Assembly (NCBI GenBank): GCA_964057225.1
Contig: OZ059895.1
Location: 1,736,001-1,800,000, forward strand
Direction: 5' to 3'
Origin: Auanema rhodensis
Taxonomy: Eukaryota > Animalia > Nematoda
DNA: 64,000 nucleotides
This document shows, piece after piece, positions 27,801-43,177 of this stretch. Positions within the stretch are counted from its first letter, which is position 1. Each line of letters begins with the position of its first letter. The notes beneath the pieces are model-generated. The model searched no databases. It had not been told where the DNA came from and worked only from the letters and a program-made list of their open reading frames with translations. Made by a program: the position numbers and the translations under genes.

Positions 27801-30800
27801 AACTCAACATACACTAATGCATCATTTTTCAAACGATCATAACTAATTTTTGTATCAAACGTTTCTCAATGTAGTATAGTGCATTCGATGCGGATTTTTA
27901 AGCTGCGTCGATCTGTGTTATCAGATTTGCGCTAGCTTAAAAATGCACCGAGATATCAACTGATATAAGTTCACACTTATGTCCTCGATTTTCACCCTGA
28001 AGAATTAATTTTTTCGTTGAATAACATTGTCTATCGTCTTTGCCTTGAAAAATGGAATCTAAAAACATCTATTTTTTGCTAAATTATTTTGAAATTTTTC
28101 GAAAAAATTTTTGTCAAAATGTTTTTGGAAGCAATGTTGAGTGTACATGGAAACTCAACATACACTAATGCATCATTTTTCAAACGATCATAACTAATTT
28201 TTGTATCAAGCGTTTCTCGATGTAGTATAGTGCATTCGATGCGGATTTTTAAGCTGCGTCGATCTGTGTTATCAGATTTGCGCTAGCTTAAAAATGCACC
28301 GAGATATCAACTGATATAAGTTCACACTTATATCCTCGATTTTCACCCTGAAGAATTAATTTTTTCGTTGAATAACATTGTCCATCGTCTTTGCCTTGAA
28401 AAATGGAATCTAAAAACATCTACTTTTTGCTAAATTATTTTGAAATTTTTCGAAAAAATTTTTGTCAAAATGTTTTTGGAAGCAATGTTGAGTGTACATG
28501 GAAACTCAACATACACTAATGCATCATTTTTCAAACGATCATAACTAATTTTTGTATCAAGCGTTTCTCAATGTAGTATAGTGCATTCGATGCGGATTTT
28601 TAAGCGGCGTCGATCTGTGTTATCAGATTTGCGCTAGCTTAAAAATGCACCGAGATATCAACTGATATAAGTTCACACTTATATCCTCGATTTTCACCCT
28701 GAAGAATTAATTTTTTCGTTGAATAACATTGTCCATCGTCTTTGCCTTGAAAAATGAAATCTAAAAACATCTACTTTTTGCTAAATTATTTTGAAATTTT
28801 TCGAAAAAATTTTTGTCAAAATGTTTTTGGAAGCAATGTTGAGTGTACATGGAAACTCAACATACACTAATGCATCATTTTTCAAACGATCATAACTAAT
28901 TTTTGTATCAAGCGTTTCTCGATGTAGTATAGTGCATTCGATGCGGATTTTTAAGCTGCGTCGATCTGTGTTATCAGATTTGCGCTAGCTTAAAAATGCA
29001 CCGAGATATCAACTGATATAAGTTCACACTTATATCCTCGATTTTCACCCTGAAGAATTAATTTTTTCGTTGAATAACATTGTCCATCGTCTTTGCTTTG
29101 AAAAATGGAATCTAAAAACATCTACTTTTTGCTAAATTATTTTGAAATTTTTCGAAAAAATTTTTGTCAAAATGTTTTTGGAAGCAATGTTGAGTGTACA
29201 TGGAAACTCAACATACACTAATGCATCATTTTTCAAACGATCATAACTAATTTTTGTATCAAGCGTTTCTCAATGTAGTATAGTGCATTCGATGCGGATT
29301 TTTGAGCTGCGTCGATCTGTGTTATCAGATTTGCGCTAGCTTAAAAATGCACCGATATATCAACTGATATAAGTTCACACTTATATCCTCGATTTTCACC
29401 CTGAAGAATTAATTATTAGTTGAATAACAATGTCCATCGTCTTTGCCTTGAAAAATGGAATCTAAAAACATCTACTTTTTGCTAAATTATTTTGAAATTT
29501 TTCGAAAAAATTTTTGTCAAAATGTTTTTAGAAGCAATGTTGAGTGTACATGGAAACTCAACATACACTAATGCATCATTTTTCAAACAATCATAACTAA
29601 TTTGTGTATTAAGCGTTTCTCAATGTAGTATAGTGCATTCGATGCGGATTTTTGAGCTGCGTCGATCTGTGTTATCAGATTTGCGCTAGCTTAAAAATGC
29701 ACCGATATATCAACTGATATAAGTTCACACTTATATCCTCGATTTTCACCCTGAAGAATTAATTTTTTCGTTGAATAACATTGTCTATCGTCTTTGCCTT
29801 GAAAAATGGAATCTAAAAACATCTATTTTTTGCTAAATTATTTTGAAATTTTTCGAAAAAATTTTTGTCAAAATGTTTTTGGAAGCAATGTTGAGTGTAC
29901 ATGGAAACTCAACATACACTAATGCATCATTTTTCAAACGATCATAACTAATTTTTGTATCAAGCGTTTCTCGATGTAGTATAGTGCATTCGATGCGGAT
30001 TTTTAAGCTGCGTCGATCTGTGTTATCAGATTTGCGCTAGCTTAAAAATGCACCGAGATATCAACTGATATAAGTTCACACTTATATCCTCGATTTTCAC
30101 CCTGAAGAATTAATTTTTTCGTTGAATAACATTGTCCATCGTCTTTGCCTTGAAAAATGGAATCTAAAAACATCTACTTTTTGCTAAATTATTTTGAAAT
30201 TTTTCGAAAAAATTTTTGTCAAAATGTTTTTGGAAGCAATGTTGAGTGTACATGGAAACTCAACATACACTAATGCATCATTTTTCAAACGATCATAACT
30301 AATTTTTGTATCAAGCGTTTCTCAATGTAGTATAGTGCATTCGATGCGGATTTTTAAGCTGCGGCGATCTGGGTTATCAGATTTGCGCTAACTTAAAAAT
30401 GCACCGAGATATCAACTGATATAAGTTCACACTTATATCCTCGATTTTCACCCTGAAGAATTAATTTTTTCGTTGAATAACATTGTCCATCGTCTTTGCC
30501 TTGAAAAATGGAATCTAAAAACATCTACTTTTTGCTAAATTATTTTGAAATTTTTCGAAAAAATTTTTGTCAAAATGTTTTTGGAAGCAATGTTGAGTGT
30601 ACATGGAAACTCAACATACACTAATGCATCATTTTTCAAACGATCATAACTAATTTTTGTATCAAACGTTTCTCAATGTAGTATAGTGCATTCGATGCGA
30701 ATTTTTAAGCTGCGTCGATCTGTGTTATCAGATTTGCGCTAGCTTAAAAATGCACCGAGATATCAACTGATATAAGTTCACACTTATATCCTCGATTTTC

Positions 30801-31590
30801 ACCCTGAAGAATTAATTTTTTCGTTGAATAACATTGTCCATCGTCTTTGCCTTGAAAAATGGAATCTAAAAACATCTACTTTTTGCTAAATTATTTTGAA
30901 ATTTTTCGAAAAAATTTTTGTCAAAATGTTTTTGGAAGCAATGTTGAGTGTACATGGAAACTCAACATACACTAATGCATCATTTTTCAAACGATCATAA
31001 CTAATTTTTGTATCAAGCGTTTCTCGATGTAGTATAGTGCATTCGATGCGGATTTTTAAGCTGCGTCGATCTGTGTTATCAGATTTGCGCTAGCTTAAAA
31101 ATGCACCGAGATATCAACTGATATAAGTTCACACTTATATCCTCGATTTTCACCCTGAAGAATTAATTTTTTCGTTGAATAACATTGTCCATCGTCTTTG
31201 CCTTGAAAAATGGAATCTAAAAACATCTACTTTTTGCTAAATTATTTTGAAATTTTTCGAAAAAATTTTTGTCAAAATGTTTTTGGAAGCAATGTTGAGT
31301 GTACATGGAAACTCAACATACACTAATGCATCATTTTTCAAACGATCATAACTAATTTTTGTATCAAGCGTTTCTCAATGTAGTATAGTGCATTCGATGC
31401 GGATTTTTGAGCTGCGTCGATCTGTGTTATCAGATTTGCGCTAGCTTAAAAATGCACCGATATATCAACTGATATAAGTTCACACTTATATCCTCGATTT
31501 TCACCCTGAAGAATTAATTATTAGTTGAATAACAATGTCCATCGTCTTTGCCTTGAAAAATGGAATCTAAAAACATCTACTTTTTGCTAA

Positions 31591-34500
31591 ATTATTTTGA
31601 AATTTTTCGAAAAAATTTTTGTCAAAATGTTTTTGGAAGCAATGTTGAGTGTACATGGAAACTCAACATACACTAATGCATCATTTTTCAAACGATCATA
31701 ACTAATTTTTGTATCAAGCGTTTCTCGATGTAGTATAGTGCATTCGATGCGGATTTTTAAGCTGCGTCGATCTGTGTTATCAGATTTGCGCTAGCTTAAA
31801 AATGCACCGAGATATCAACTGATATAAGTTCACACTTATATCCTCGATTTTCACCCTGAAGAATTAATTTTTTCGTTGAATAACATTGTCCATCGTCTTT
31901 GCCTTGAAAAATGGAATCTAAAAACATCTACTTTTTGCTAAATTATTTTGAAATTTTTCGAAAAAATTTTTGTCAAAATGTTTTTGGAAGCAATGTTGAG
32001 TGTACATGGAAACTCAACATACACTAATGCATCATTTTTCAAACGATCATAACTAATTTTTGTATCAAGCGTTTCTCAATGTAGTATAGTGCATTCGATG
32101 CGGATTTTTAAGCTGCGGCGATCTGGGTTATCAGATTTGCGCTAACTTAAAAATGCACCGAGATATCAACTGATATAAGTTCACACTTATATCCTCGATT
32201 TTCACCCTGAAGAATTAATTTTTTCGTTGAATAACATTGTCCATCGTCTTTGCCTTGAAAAATGGAATCTAAAAACATCTACTTTTTGCTAAATTATTTT
32301 GAAATTTTTCGAAAAAATTTTTGTCAAAATGTTTTTGGAAGCAATGTTGAGTGTACATGGAAACTCAACATACACTAATGCATCATTTTTCAAACGATCA
32401 TAACTTATTTTTTGTATCAAGCGTTTCTCGATGTAGTATAGTGCATTCGATGCGGATTTTTAAGCTGCGGCGATCTGGGTTATCAGATTTGCGCTAACTT
32501 AAAAATGCACCGAGATATCAACTGATATAAGTTCACACTTATATCCTCGATTTTCACCCTGAAGAATTAATTTTTTCGTTGAATAACATTGTCCATCGTC
32601 TTTGCCTTGAAAAATGGAATCTAAAAACATCTACTTTTTGCTAAATTATTTTGAAATTTTTCGAAAAAATTTCTGTCAAAATGTTTTTGGAAGCAATGTT
32701 GAGTGTACATGGAAACTCAACATACACTAATGCATCATTTTTCAAACGATCATAACTTATTTTTTGTATCAAGCGTTTCTCGATGTAGTATAGTGCATTC
32801 GATGCGGATTTTTAAGCTGCGTCGATCTGTGTTATCAGATTTGCGCTAGCTTAAAAATGCACCGAGATATCAACTGATATAAGTTCACACTTATATCCTC
32901 GATTTTCACCCTGAAGAATTAATTTTTTCGTTGAATAACATTGTCCATCGTCTTTGCCTTGAAAAATGGAATCTAAAAACATCTACTTTTTGCTAAATTA
33001 TTTTGAAATTTTTCGAAAAAATTTTTGTCAAAATGTTTTTGGAAGCAATGTTGAGTGTACATGGAAACTCAACATACACTAATGCATCATTTTTCAAACG
33101 ATCATAACTAATTTTTGTATCAAGCGTTTCTCGATGTAGTATAGTGCATTCGATGCGGATTTTTAAGCTGCGTCGATCTGTGTTATCAGATTTGCGCTAG
33201 CTTAAAAATGCACCGAGATATCAACTGATATAAGTTCACACTTATATCCTCGATTTTCACCCTGAAGAATTAATTTTTTCGTTGAATAACATTGTCCATC
33301 GTCTTTGCCTTGAAAAATGGAATCTAAAAACATCTAATTTTTGCTAAATTATTTTGAAATTTTTCGAAAAAATTTTTGTCAAAATGTTTTTGGAAGCAAT
33401 GTTGAGTGTACATGGAAACTCAACATACACTAATGCATCATTTTTCAAACGATCATAACTAATTTTTGTATCAAGCGTTTCTCAATGTAGTATAGTGCAT
33501 TCGATGCGGATTTTTAAGCTGCGGCGATCTGTGTTATCAGATTTGCGCTAACTTAAAAATGCACCGAGATATCAACTGATATAAGTTCACACTTATATCC
33601 TCGATTTTCACCCTGAAGAATTAATTTTTTCGTTGAATAACATTGTCCATCGTCTTTGCCTTGAAAAATAGAATCTAAAAACATCTACTTTTTGCTAAAT
33701 TATTTTGAAATTTTTCGAAAAAATTTTTGTCAAAATGTTTTTGGAAGCAATGTTGAGTATACATGGAAACTCAACATACACTAATGCATCATTTTTCAAA
33801 CGATCATAACTAATTTTTGTATCAAGCGTTTCTCAATGTAGTATAGTGCATTCGATGCGGATTTTTAAGCTGCGGCGATCTGTGTTATCAGATTTGCGCT
33901 AACTTAAAAATGCACCGAGATATCAACTGATATAAGTTCACACTTATATCCTCGATTTTCACCCTGAAGAATTAATTTTTTCGTTGAATAACATTGTCCA
34001 TCGTCTTTGCCTTGAAAAATAGAATCTAAAAACATCTACTTTTTGCTAAATTATTTTGAAATTTTTCGAAAAAATTTTTGTCAAAATGTTTTTGGAAGCA
34101 ATGTTGAGTGTACATGGAAACTCAACATACACTAATGCATCATTTTTCAAACGATCATAACTAATTTTTGTATCAAGCGTTTCTCAATGTAGTATAGTGC
34201 ATTCGATGCGGATTTTTAAGCTGCGGCGATCTGTGTTATCAGATTTGCGCTAACTTAAAAATGCACCGAGATATCAACTGATATAAGTTCACACTTATAT
34301 CCTCGATTTTCACCCTGAAGAATTAATTTTTTCGTTGAATAACAATGTCCATCGTCTTTGCCTTGAAAAATGGAATCTAAAAACATCTACTTTTTGCTAA
34401 ATTATTTTGAAATTTTTCGAAAAAATTTTTGTCAAAATGTTTTTGGAAGCAATGTTGAGTGTACATGGAAACTCAACATACACTAATGCATCATTTTTCA

Positions 34501-37500
34501 AACGATCATAACTAATTTTTGTATCAAGCGTTTCTCGATGTAGTATAGTGCATTCGATGCGGATTTTTAAGCTGCGTCGATCTGTGTTATCAGATTTGCG
34601 CTAGCTTAAAAATGCACCGAGATATCAACTGATATAAGTTCACACTTATATCCTCGATTTTCACCCTGAAGAATTAATTTTTTCGTTGAATAACATTGTC
34701 CATCGTCTTTGCCTTGAAAAATGGAATCTAAAAACATCTACTTTTTGCTAAATTATTTTGAAATTTTTCGAAAAAATTTTTGTCAAAATGTTTTTGGAAG
34801 CAATGTTGAGTGTACATGGAAACTCAACATACACTAATGCATCATTTTTCAAACGATCAAAACTAATTTTTGTATCAAGCGTTTCTCAATGTAGTATAGT
34901 GCATTCGATGCGGATTTTTAAGCTGCGGCGATCTGGGTTATCAGATTTGCGCTAACTTAAAAATGCACCGAGATATCAACTGATATAAGTTCACACTTAT
35001 ATCCTCGATTTTCACCCTGAAGAATTAATTTTTTCGTTGAATAACATTGTCCATCGTCTTTGCCTTGAAAAATGGAATCTAAAAACATCTACTTTTTGCT
35101 AAATTATTTTGAAATTTTTCGAAAAAATTTTTGTCAAAATGTTTTTGGAAGCAATGTTGAGTGTACATGGAAACTCAACATACACTAATGCATCATTTTT
35201 CAAACGATCATAACTTATTTTTTGTATCAAGCGTTTCTCGATGTAGTATAGTGCATTCGATGCGGATTTTTAAGCTGCGGCGATCTGGGTTATCAGATTT
35301 GCGCTAACTTAAAAATGCACCGAGATATCAACTGATATAAGTTCACACTTATATCCTCGATTTTCACCCTGAAGAATTAATTTTTTCGTTGAATAACATT
35401 GTCCATCGTCTTTGCCTTGAAAAATGGAATCTAAAAACATCTACTTTTTGCTAAATTATTTTGAAATTTTTCGAAAAAATTTCTGTCAAAATGTTTTTGG
35501 AAGCAATGTTGAGTGTACATGGAAACTCAACATACACTAATGCATCATTTTTCAAACGATCATAACTTATTTTTTGTATCAAGCGTTTCTCGATGTAGTA
35601 TAGTGCATTCGATGCGGATTTTTAAGCTGCGTCGATCTGTGTTATCAGATTTGCGCTAGCTTAAAAATGCACCGAGATATCAACTGATATAAGTTCACAC
35701 TTATATCCTCGATTTTCACCCTGAAGAATTAATTTTTTCGTTGAATAACATTGTCCATCGTCTTTGCCTTGAAAAATGGAATCTAAAAACATCTACTTTT
35801 TGCTAAATTATTTTGAAATTTTTCGAAAAAATTTTTGTCAAAATGTTTTTGGAAGCAATGTTGAGTGTACATGGAAACTCAACATACACTAATGCATCAT
35901 TTTTCAAACGATCATAACTAATTTTTGTATCAAGCGTTTCTCGATGTAGTATAGTGCATTCGATGCGGATTTTTAAGCTGCGTCGATCTGTGTTATCAGA
36001 TTTGCGCTAGCTTAAAAATGCACCGAGATATCAACTGATATAAGTTCACACTTATATCCTCGATTTTCACCCTGAAGAATTAATTTTTTCGTTGAATAAC
36101 ATTGTCCATCGTCTTTGCCTTGAAAAATGGAATCTAAAAACATCTAATTTTTGCTAAATTATTTTGAAATTTTTCGAAAAAATTTTTGTCAAAATGTTTT
36201 TGGAAGCAATGTTGAGTGTACATGGAAACTCAACATACACTAATGCATCATTTTTCAAACGATCATAACTAATTTTTGTATCAAGCGTTTCTCAATGTAG
36301 TATAGTGCATTCGATGCGGATTTTTAAGCTGCGGCGATCTGTGTTATCAGATTTGCGCTAACTTAAAAATGCACCGAGATATCAACTGATATAAGTTCAC
36401 ACTTATATCCTCGATTTTCACCCTGAAGAATTAATTTTTTCGTTGAATAACATTGTCCATCGTCTTTGCCTTGAAAAATAGAATCTAAAAACATCTACTT
36501 TTTGCTAAATTATTTTGAAATTTTTCGAAAAAATTTTTGTCAAAATGTTTTTGGAAGCAATGTTGAGTATACATGGAAACTCAACATACACTAATGCATC
36601 ATTTTTCAAACGATCATAACTAATTTTTGTATCAAGCGTTTCTCAATGTAGTATAGTGCATTCGATGCGGATTTTTAAGCTGCGGCGATCTGTGTTATCA
36701 GATTTGCGCTAACTTAAAAATGCACCGAGATATCAACTGATATAAGTTCACACTTATATCCTCGATTTTCACCCTGAAGAATTAATTTTTTCGTTGAATA
36801 ACATTGTCCATCGTCTTTGCCTTGAAAAATAGAATCTAAAAACATCTACTTTTTGCTAAATTATTTTGAAATTTTTCGAAAAAATTTTTGTCAAAATGTT
36901 TTTGGAAGCAATGTTGAGTGTACATGGAAACTCAACATACACTAATGCATCATTTTTCAAACGATCATAACTAATTTTTGTATCAAGCGTTTCTCAATGT
37001 AGTATAGTGCATTCGATGCGGATTTTTAAGCTGCGGCGATCTGTGTTATCAGATTTGCGCTAACTTAAAAATGCACCGAGATATCAACTGATATAAGTTC
37101 ACACTTATATCCTCGATTTTCACCCTGAAGAATTAATTTTTTCGTTGAATAACATTGTCCATCGTCTTTGCCTTGAAAAATGGAATCTAAAAACATCTAC
37201 TTTTTGCTAAATTATTTTGAAATTTTTCGAAAAAATTTTTGTCAAAATGTTTTTGGAAGCAATGTTGAGTGTACATGGAAACTCAACATACACTAATGCA
37301 TCATTTTTCAAACGATCATAACTAATTTTTGTATCAAGCGTTTCTCGATGTAGTATAGTGCATTCGATGCGGATTTTTAAGCTGCGTCGATCTGTGTTAT
37401 CAGATTTGCGCTAGCTTAAAAATGCACCGAGATATCAACTGATATAAGTTCACACTTATATCCTCGATTTTCACCCTGAAGAATTAATTTTTTCGTTGAA

Positions 37501-38614
37501 TAACATTGTCCATCGTCTTTGCCTTGAAAAATGGAATCTAAAAACATCTAATTTTTGCTAAATTATTTTGAAATTTTTCGAAAAAATTTTTGTCAAAATG
37601 TTTTTGGAAGCAATGTTGAGTGTACATGGAAACTCAACATACACTAATGCATCATTTTTCAAACGATCATAACTAATTTTTGTATCAAGCGTTTCTCAAT
37701 GTAGTATAGTGCATTCGATGCGGATTTTTAAGCTGCGGCGATCTGTGTTATCAGATTTGCGCTAACTTAAAAATGCACCGAGATATCAACTGATATAAGT
37801 TCACACTTATATCCTCGATTTTCACCCTGAAGAATTAATTTTTTCGTTGAATAACATTGTCCATCGTCTTTGCCTTGAAAAATAGAATCTAAAAACATCT
37901 ACTTTTTGCTAAATTATTTTGAAATTTTTCGAAAAAATTTTTGTCAAAATGTTTTTGGAAGCAATGTTGAGTATACATGGAAACTCAACATACACTAATG
38001 CATCATTTTTCAAACGATCATAACTAATTTTTGTATCAAGCGTTTCTCAATGTAGTATAGTGCATTCGATGCGGATTTTTAAGCTGCGGCGATCTGTGTT
38101 ATCAGATTTGCGCTAACTTAAAAATGCACCGAGATATCAACTGATATAAGTTCACACTTATATCCTCGATTTTCACCCTGAAGAATTAATTTTTTCGTTG
38201 AATAACATTGTCCATCGTCTTTGCCTTGAAAAATAGAATCTAAAAACATCTACTTTTTGCTAAATTATTTTGAAATTTTTCGAAAAAATTTTTGTCAAAA
38301 TGTTTTTGGAAGCAATGTTGAGTGTACATGGAAACTCAACATACACTAATGCATCATTTTTCAAACGATCATAACTAATTTTTGTATCAAGCGTTTCTCA
38401 ATGTAGTATAGTGCATTCGATGCGGATTTTTAAGCTGCGGCGATCTGTGTTATCAGATTTGCGCTAACTTAAAAATGCACCGAGATATCAACTGATATAA
38501 GTTCACACTTATATCCTCGATTTTCACCCTGAAGAATTAATTTTTTCGTTGAATAACATTGTCCATCGTCTTTGCCTTGAAAAATAGAATCTAAAAACAT
38601 CTACTTTTTGCTAA
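31591..38614. repeat. 8-monomer block (2810 bp) x2 followed by re-duplication of its last 4 monomers (1404 bp)
   Basis: TTCTGTC at 32671 and 35481. GAGTATAC variant base at 33759, 36569 (+2810) and 37973 (+1404). The pair of 352-bp monomers is repeated. Confidence 0.92.
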
Positions 38615-41600
38615 ATTATTTTGAAATTTTTCGAAAAAATTTTTGTCAAAATGTTTTTGGAAGCAATGTTGAGTGTACATGGAAACTCAACATACACTAA
38701 TGCATCATTTTTCAAACGATCATAACTAATTTTTGTATCAAACGTTTCTCAATGTAGTATAGTGCATTCGATGCGGATTTTTAAGCTGCGTCGATCTGTG
38801 TTATCAGATTTGCGCTAGCTTAAAAATGCACCGAGATATCAACTGATATAAGTTCACACTTATATCCTCGATTTTCACCCTGAAGAATTAATTTTTTCGT
38901 TGAATAACATCGTCCATCGTCTTTGCCTTGAAAAATGGAATCTAAAAACATCTACTTTTTGCTAAATTATTTTGAAATTTTTCGAAAAAATTTTTGTCAA
39001 AATGTTTTTGGAAGCAATGTTGAGTGTACATGGAAACTCAACATACACTAATGCATCATTTTTCAAACGATCATAACTAATTTTTGTATTAAGCGTTTCT
39101 CAATGTAGTATAGTGCATTCGATGCGGATTTTTAAGCTGCGTCGATCTGTGTTATCAGATTTGCGCTAGCTTAAAAATGCACCGAGATATCAACTGATAT
39201 AAGTTCACACTTATATCCTCGATTTTCACCCTGAAGAATTAATTTTTTCGTTGAATAACATTGTCCATCGTCTTTGCCTTGAAAAATGGAATCTAAAAAC
39301 ATCTACTTTTTGCTAAATTATTTTGAAATTTTTCGAAAAAATTTTTGTCAAAATGTTTTTGGAAGCAATGTTGAGTGTACATGGAAACTCAACATACACT
39401 AATGCATCATTTTTCAAACGATCATAACTAATTTTTGTATCAAGCGTTTCTCGATGTAGTATAGTGCATTCGATGCGGATTTTTAAGCTGCGTCGATCTG
39501 TGTTATCAGATTTGCGCTAGCTTAAAAATGCACCGAGATATCAACTGATATAAGTTCACACTTATATCCTCGATTTTCACCCTGAAGAATTAATTTTTTT
39601 GTTGAATAACATTGTCTATCGTCTTTGCCTTGAAAAATGGAATCTAAAAACATCTATTTTTTGCTAAATTATTTTGAAATTTTTCGAAAAAATTTTTGTC
39701 AAAATGTTTTTGGAAGCAATGTTGAGTGTACATGAAAACTCAACATACACTAATGCATCATTTTTCAAACAATCATAACTAATTTGTGTATTAAGCGTTT
39801 CTCAATGTAGTATAGTGCATTCGATGCGGATTTTTGAGCTGCGTCGATCTGTGTTATCAGATTTGCGCTAGCTTAAAAATGCACCGAGATATCAACTGAT
39901 ATAAGTTCACACTTATATCTTCGATTTTCACCCTGAAGAATTAATTTTTTCGTTGAATAACATTGTCTATCGTCTTTGCCTTGAAAAATGGAATCTAAAA
40001 ACATCTATTTTTTGCTAAATTATTTTGAAATTTTTCGAAAAAATTTTTGTCAAAATGTTTTTGGAAGCAATGTTGAGTGTACATGGAAACTCAACATACA
40101 CTAATGCATCATTTTTCAAACGATCATAACTAATTTTTGTATCAAGCGTTTCTCGATGTAGTATAGTGCATTCGATGCGGATTTTTAAGCTGCGGCGATC
40201 TGTGTTATCAGATTTGCGCTAACTTAAAAATGCACCGAGATATCAACTGATATAAGTTCACACTTATATCCTCGATTTTCACCCTGAAGAATTAATTTTT
40301 TCGTTGAATAACATTGTCCATCGTCTTTGCCTTGAAAAATAGAATCTAAAAACATCTACTTTTTGCTAAATTATTTTGAAATTTTTCGAAAAAATTTTTG
40401 TCAAAATGTTTTTGGAAGCAATGTTGAGTGTACATGGAAACTCAACATACACTAATGCATCATTTTTCAAACGATCATAACTAATTTTTGTATCAAGCGT
40501 TTCTCAATGTAGTATAGTGCATTCGATGCGGATTTTTAAGCTGCGGCGATCTGTGTTATCAGATTTGCGCTAACTTAAAAATGCACCGAGATATCAACTG
40601 ATATAAGTTCACACTTATATCCTCGATTTTCACCCTGAAGAATTAATTTTTTCGTTGAATAACATTGTCCATCGTCTTTGCCTTGAAAAATAGAATCTAA
40701 AAACATCTACTTTTTGCTAAATTATTTTGAAATTTTTCGAAAAAATTTTTGTCAAAATGTTTTTGGAAGCAATGTTGAGTGTACATGGAAACTCAACATA
40801 CACTAATGCATCATTTTTCAAACGATCATAACTAATTTTTGTATCAAACGTTTCTCAATGTAGTATAGTGCATTCGATGCGGATTTTTAAGCTGCGTCGA
40901 TCTGTGTTATCAGATTTGCGCTAGCTTAAAAATGCACCGAGATATCAACTGATATAAGTTCACACTTATATCCTCGATTTTCACCCTGAAGAATTAATTT
41001 TTTCGTTGAATAACATCGTCCATCGTCTTTGCCTTGAAAAATGGAATCTAAAAACATCTACTTTTTGCTAAATTATTTTGAAATTTTTCGAAAAAATTTT
41101 TGTCAAAATGTTTTTGGAAGCAATGTTGAGTGTACATGGAAACTCAACATACACTAATGCATCATTTTTCAAACGATCATAACTAATTTTTGTATTAAGC
41201 GTTTCTCAATGTAGTATAGTGCATTCGATGCGGATTTTTAAGCTGCGTCGATCTGTGTTATCAGATTTGCGCTAGCTTAAAAATGCACCGAGATATCAAC
41301 TGATATAAGTTCACACTTATATCCTCGATTTTCACCCTGAAGAATTAATTTTTTCGTTGAATAACATTGTCCATCGTCTTTGCCTTGAAAAATGGAATCT
41401 AAAAACATCTACTTTTTGCTAAATTATTTTGAAATTTTTCGAAAAAATTTTTGTCAAAATGTTTTTGGAAGCAATGTTGAGTGTACATGGAAACTCAACA
41501 TACACTAATGCATCATTTTTCAAACGATCATAACTAATTTTTGTATCAAGCGTTTCTCGATGTAGTATAGTGCATTCGATGCGGATTTTTAAGCTGCGTC

Positions 41601-42124
41601 GATCTGTGTTATCAGATTTGCGCTAGCTTAAAAATGCACCGAGATATCAACTGATATAAGTTCACACTTATATCCTCGATTTTCACCCTGAAGAATTAAT
41701 TTTTTTGTTGAATAACATTGTCTATCGTCTTTGCCTTGAAAAATGGAATCTAAAAACATCTATTTTTTGCTAAATTATTTTGAAATTTTTCGAAAAAATT
41801 TTTGTCAAAATGTTTTTGGAAGCAATGTTGAGTGTACATGAAAACTCAACATACACTAATGCATCATTTTTCAAACAATCATAACTAATTTGTGTATTAA
41901 GCGTTTCTCAATGTAGTATAGTGCATTCGATGCGGATTTTTGAGCTGCGTCGATCTGTGTTATCAGATTTGCGCTAGCTTAAAAATGCACCGAGATATCA
42001 ACTGATATAAGTTCACACTTATATCTTCGATTTTCACCCTGAAGAATTAATTTTTTCGTTGAATAACATTGTCTATCGTCTTTGCCTTGAAAAATGGAAT
42101 CTAAAAACATCTATTTTTTGCTAA
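38264..42124. repeat. Second duplication with 6-monomer (2106-bp) offset
   Basis: ATATCTTCG variant at 39920 and 42026. The TTTTTTGTTG and ACATCGTCC variants have the same offset. Confidence 0.9.
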
Positions 42125-43177
42125 ATTATTTTGAAATTTTTCGAAAAAATTTTTGTCAAAATGTTTTTGGAAGCAATGTTGAGTGTACATGGAAACTCAA
42201 CATACACTAATGCATCATTTTTCAAACAATCATAACTAATTTGTGTATTAAGCGTTTCTCAATGTAGTATAATGCATTCGATGCGGATTTTTGAGCTGCG
42301 TCGATCTGTGTTATCAGATTTGCGCTAGCTTAAAAATGCACCGAGATATCAACTGATATAAGTTCACACTTATATCCTCGATTTTCACCCTGAAGAATTA
42401 ATTTTTTCGTTGAATAACATTGTCTATCGTCTTTGCCTTGAAAAATGGAATCTAAAAACATCTATTTTTTGCTAAATTATTTTGAAATTTTTCGAAAAAA
42501 TTTTTGTCAAAATGTTTTTGGAAGCAATGTTGAGTGTACATGAAAACTCAACATACACTAATGCATCATTTTTCAAACAATCATAACTAATTTGTGTATT
42601 AAGCGTTTCTCAATGTAGTATAGTGCATTCGATGCGGATTTTTGAGCTGCGTCGATCTGTGTTATCAGATTTGCGCTAGCTTAAAAATGCACCGAGATAT
42701 CAACTGATATAAGTTCACACTTATATCCTCGATTTTCACCCTGAAGAATTAATTTTTTCGTTGAATAACATTGTCTATCGTCTTTGCCTTGAAAAATGGA
42801 ATCTAAAAACATCTATTTTTTGCTAAATTATTTTGAAATTTTTCGAAAAAATTTTTGTCAAAATGTTTTTGGAAGCAATGTTGAGTGTACATGGAAACTC
42901 AACATACACTAATGCATCATTTTTCAAACAATCATAACTAATTTGTGTATTAAGCGTTTCTCAATGTAGTATAGTGCATTCGATGCGGATTTTTGAGCTG
43001 CGTCGATCTGTGTTATCAGATTTGCGCTAGCTTAAAAATGCACCGAGATATCAACTGATATAAGTTCACACTTATATCCTCGATTTTCACCCTGAAGAAT
43101 TAATTTTTTCGTTGAATAACATTGTCTATCGTCTTTGCCTTGAAAAATGGAATCTAAAAACATCTATTTTTTGCTAA

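Noticed and set aside
34758-34955. 65-aa plus-strand ORF
   Set aside because: It is created by a private T>A at 34860 (TAA>AAA) in one copy. It has a TTG start and is simply translated satellite.
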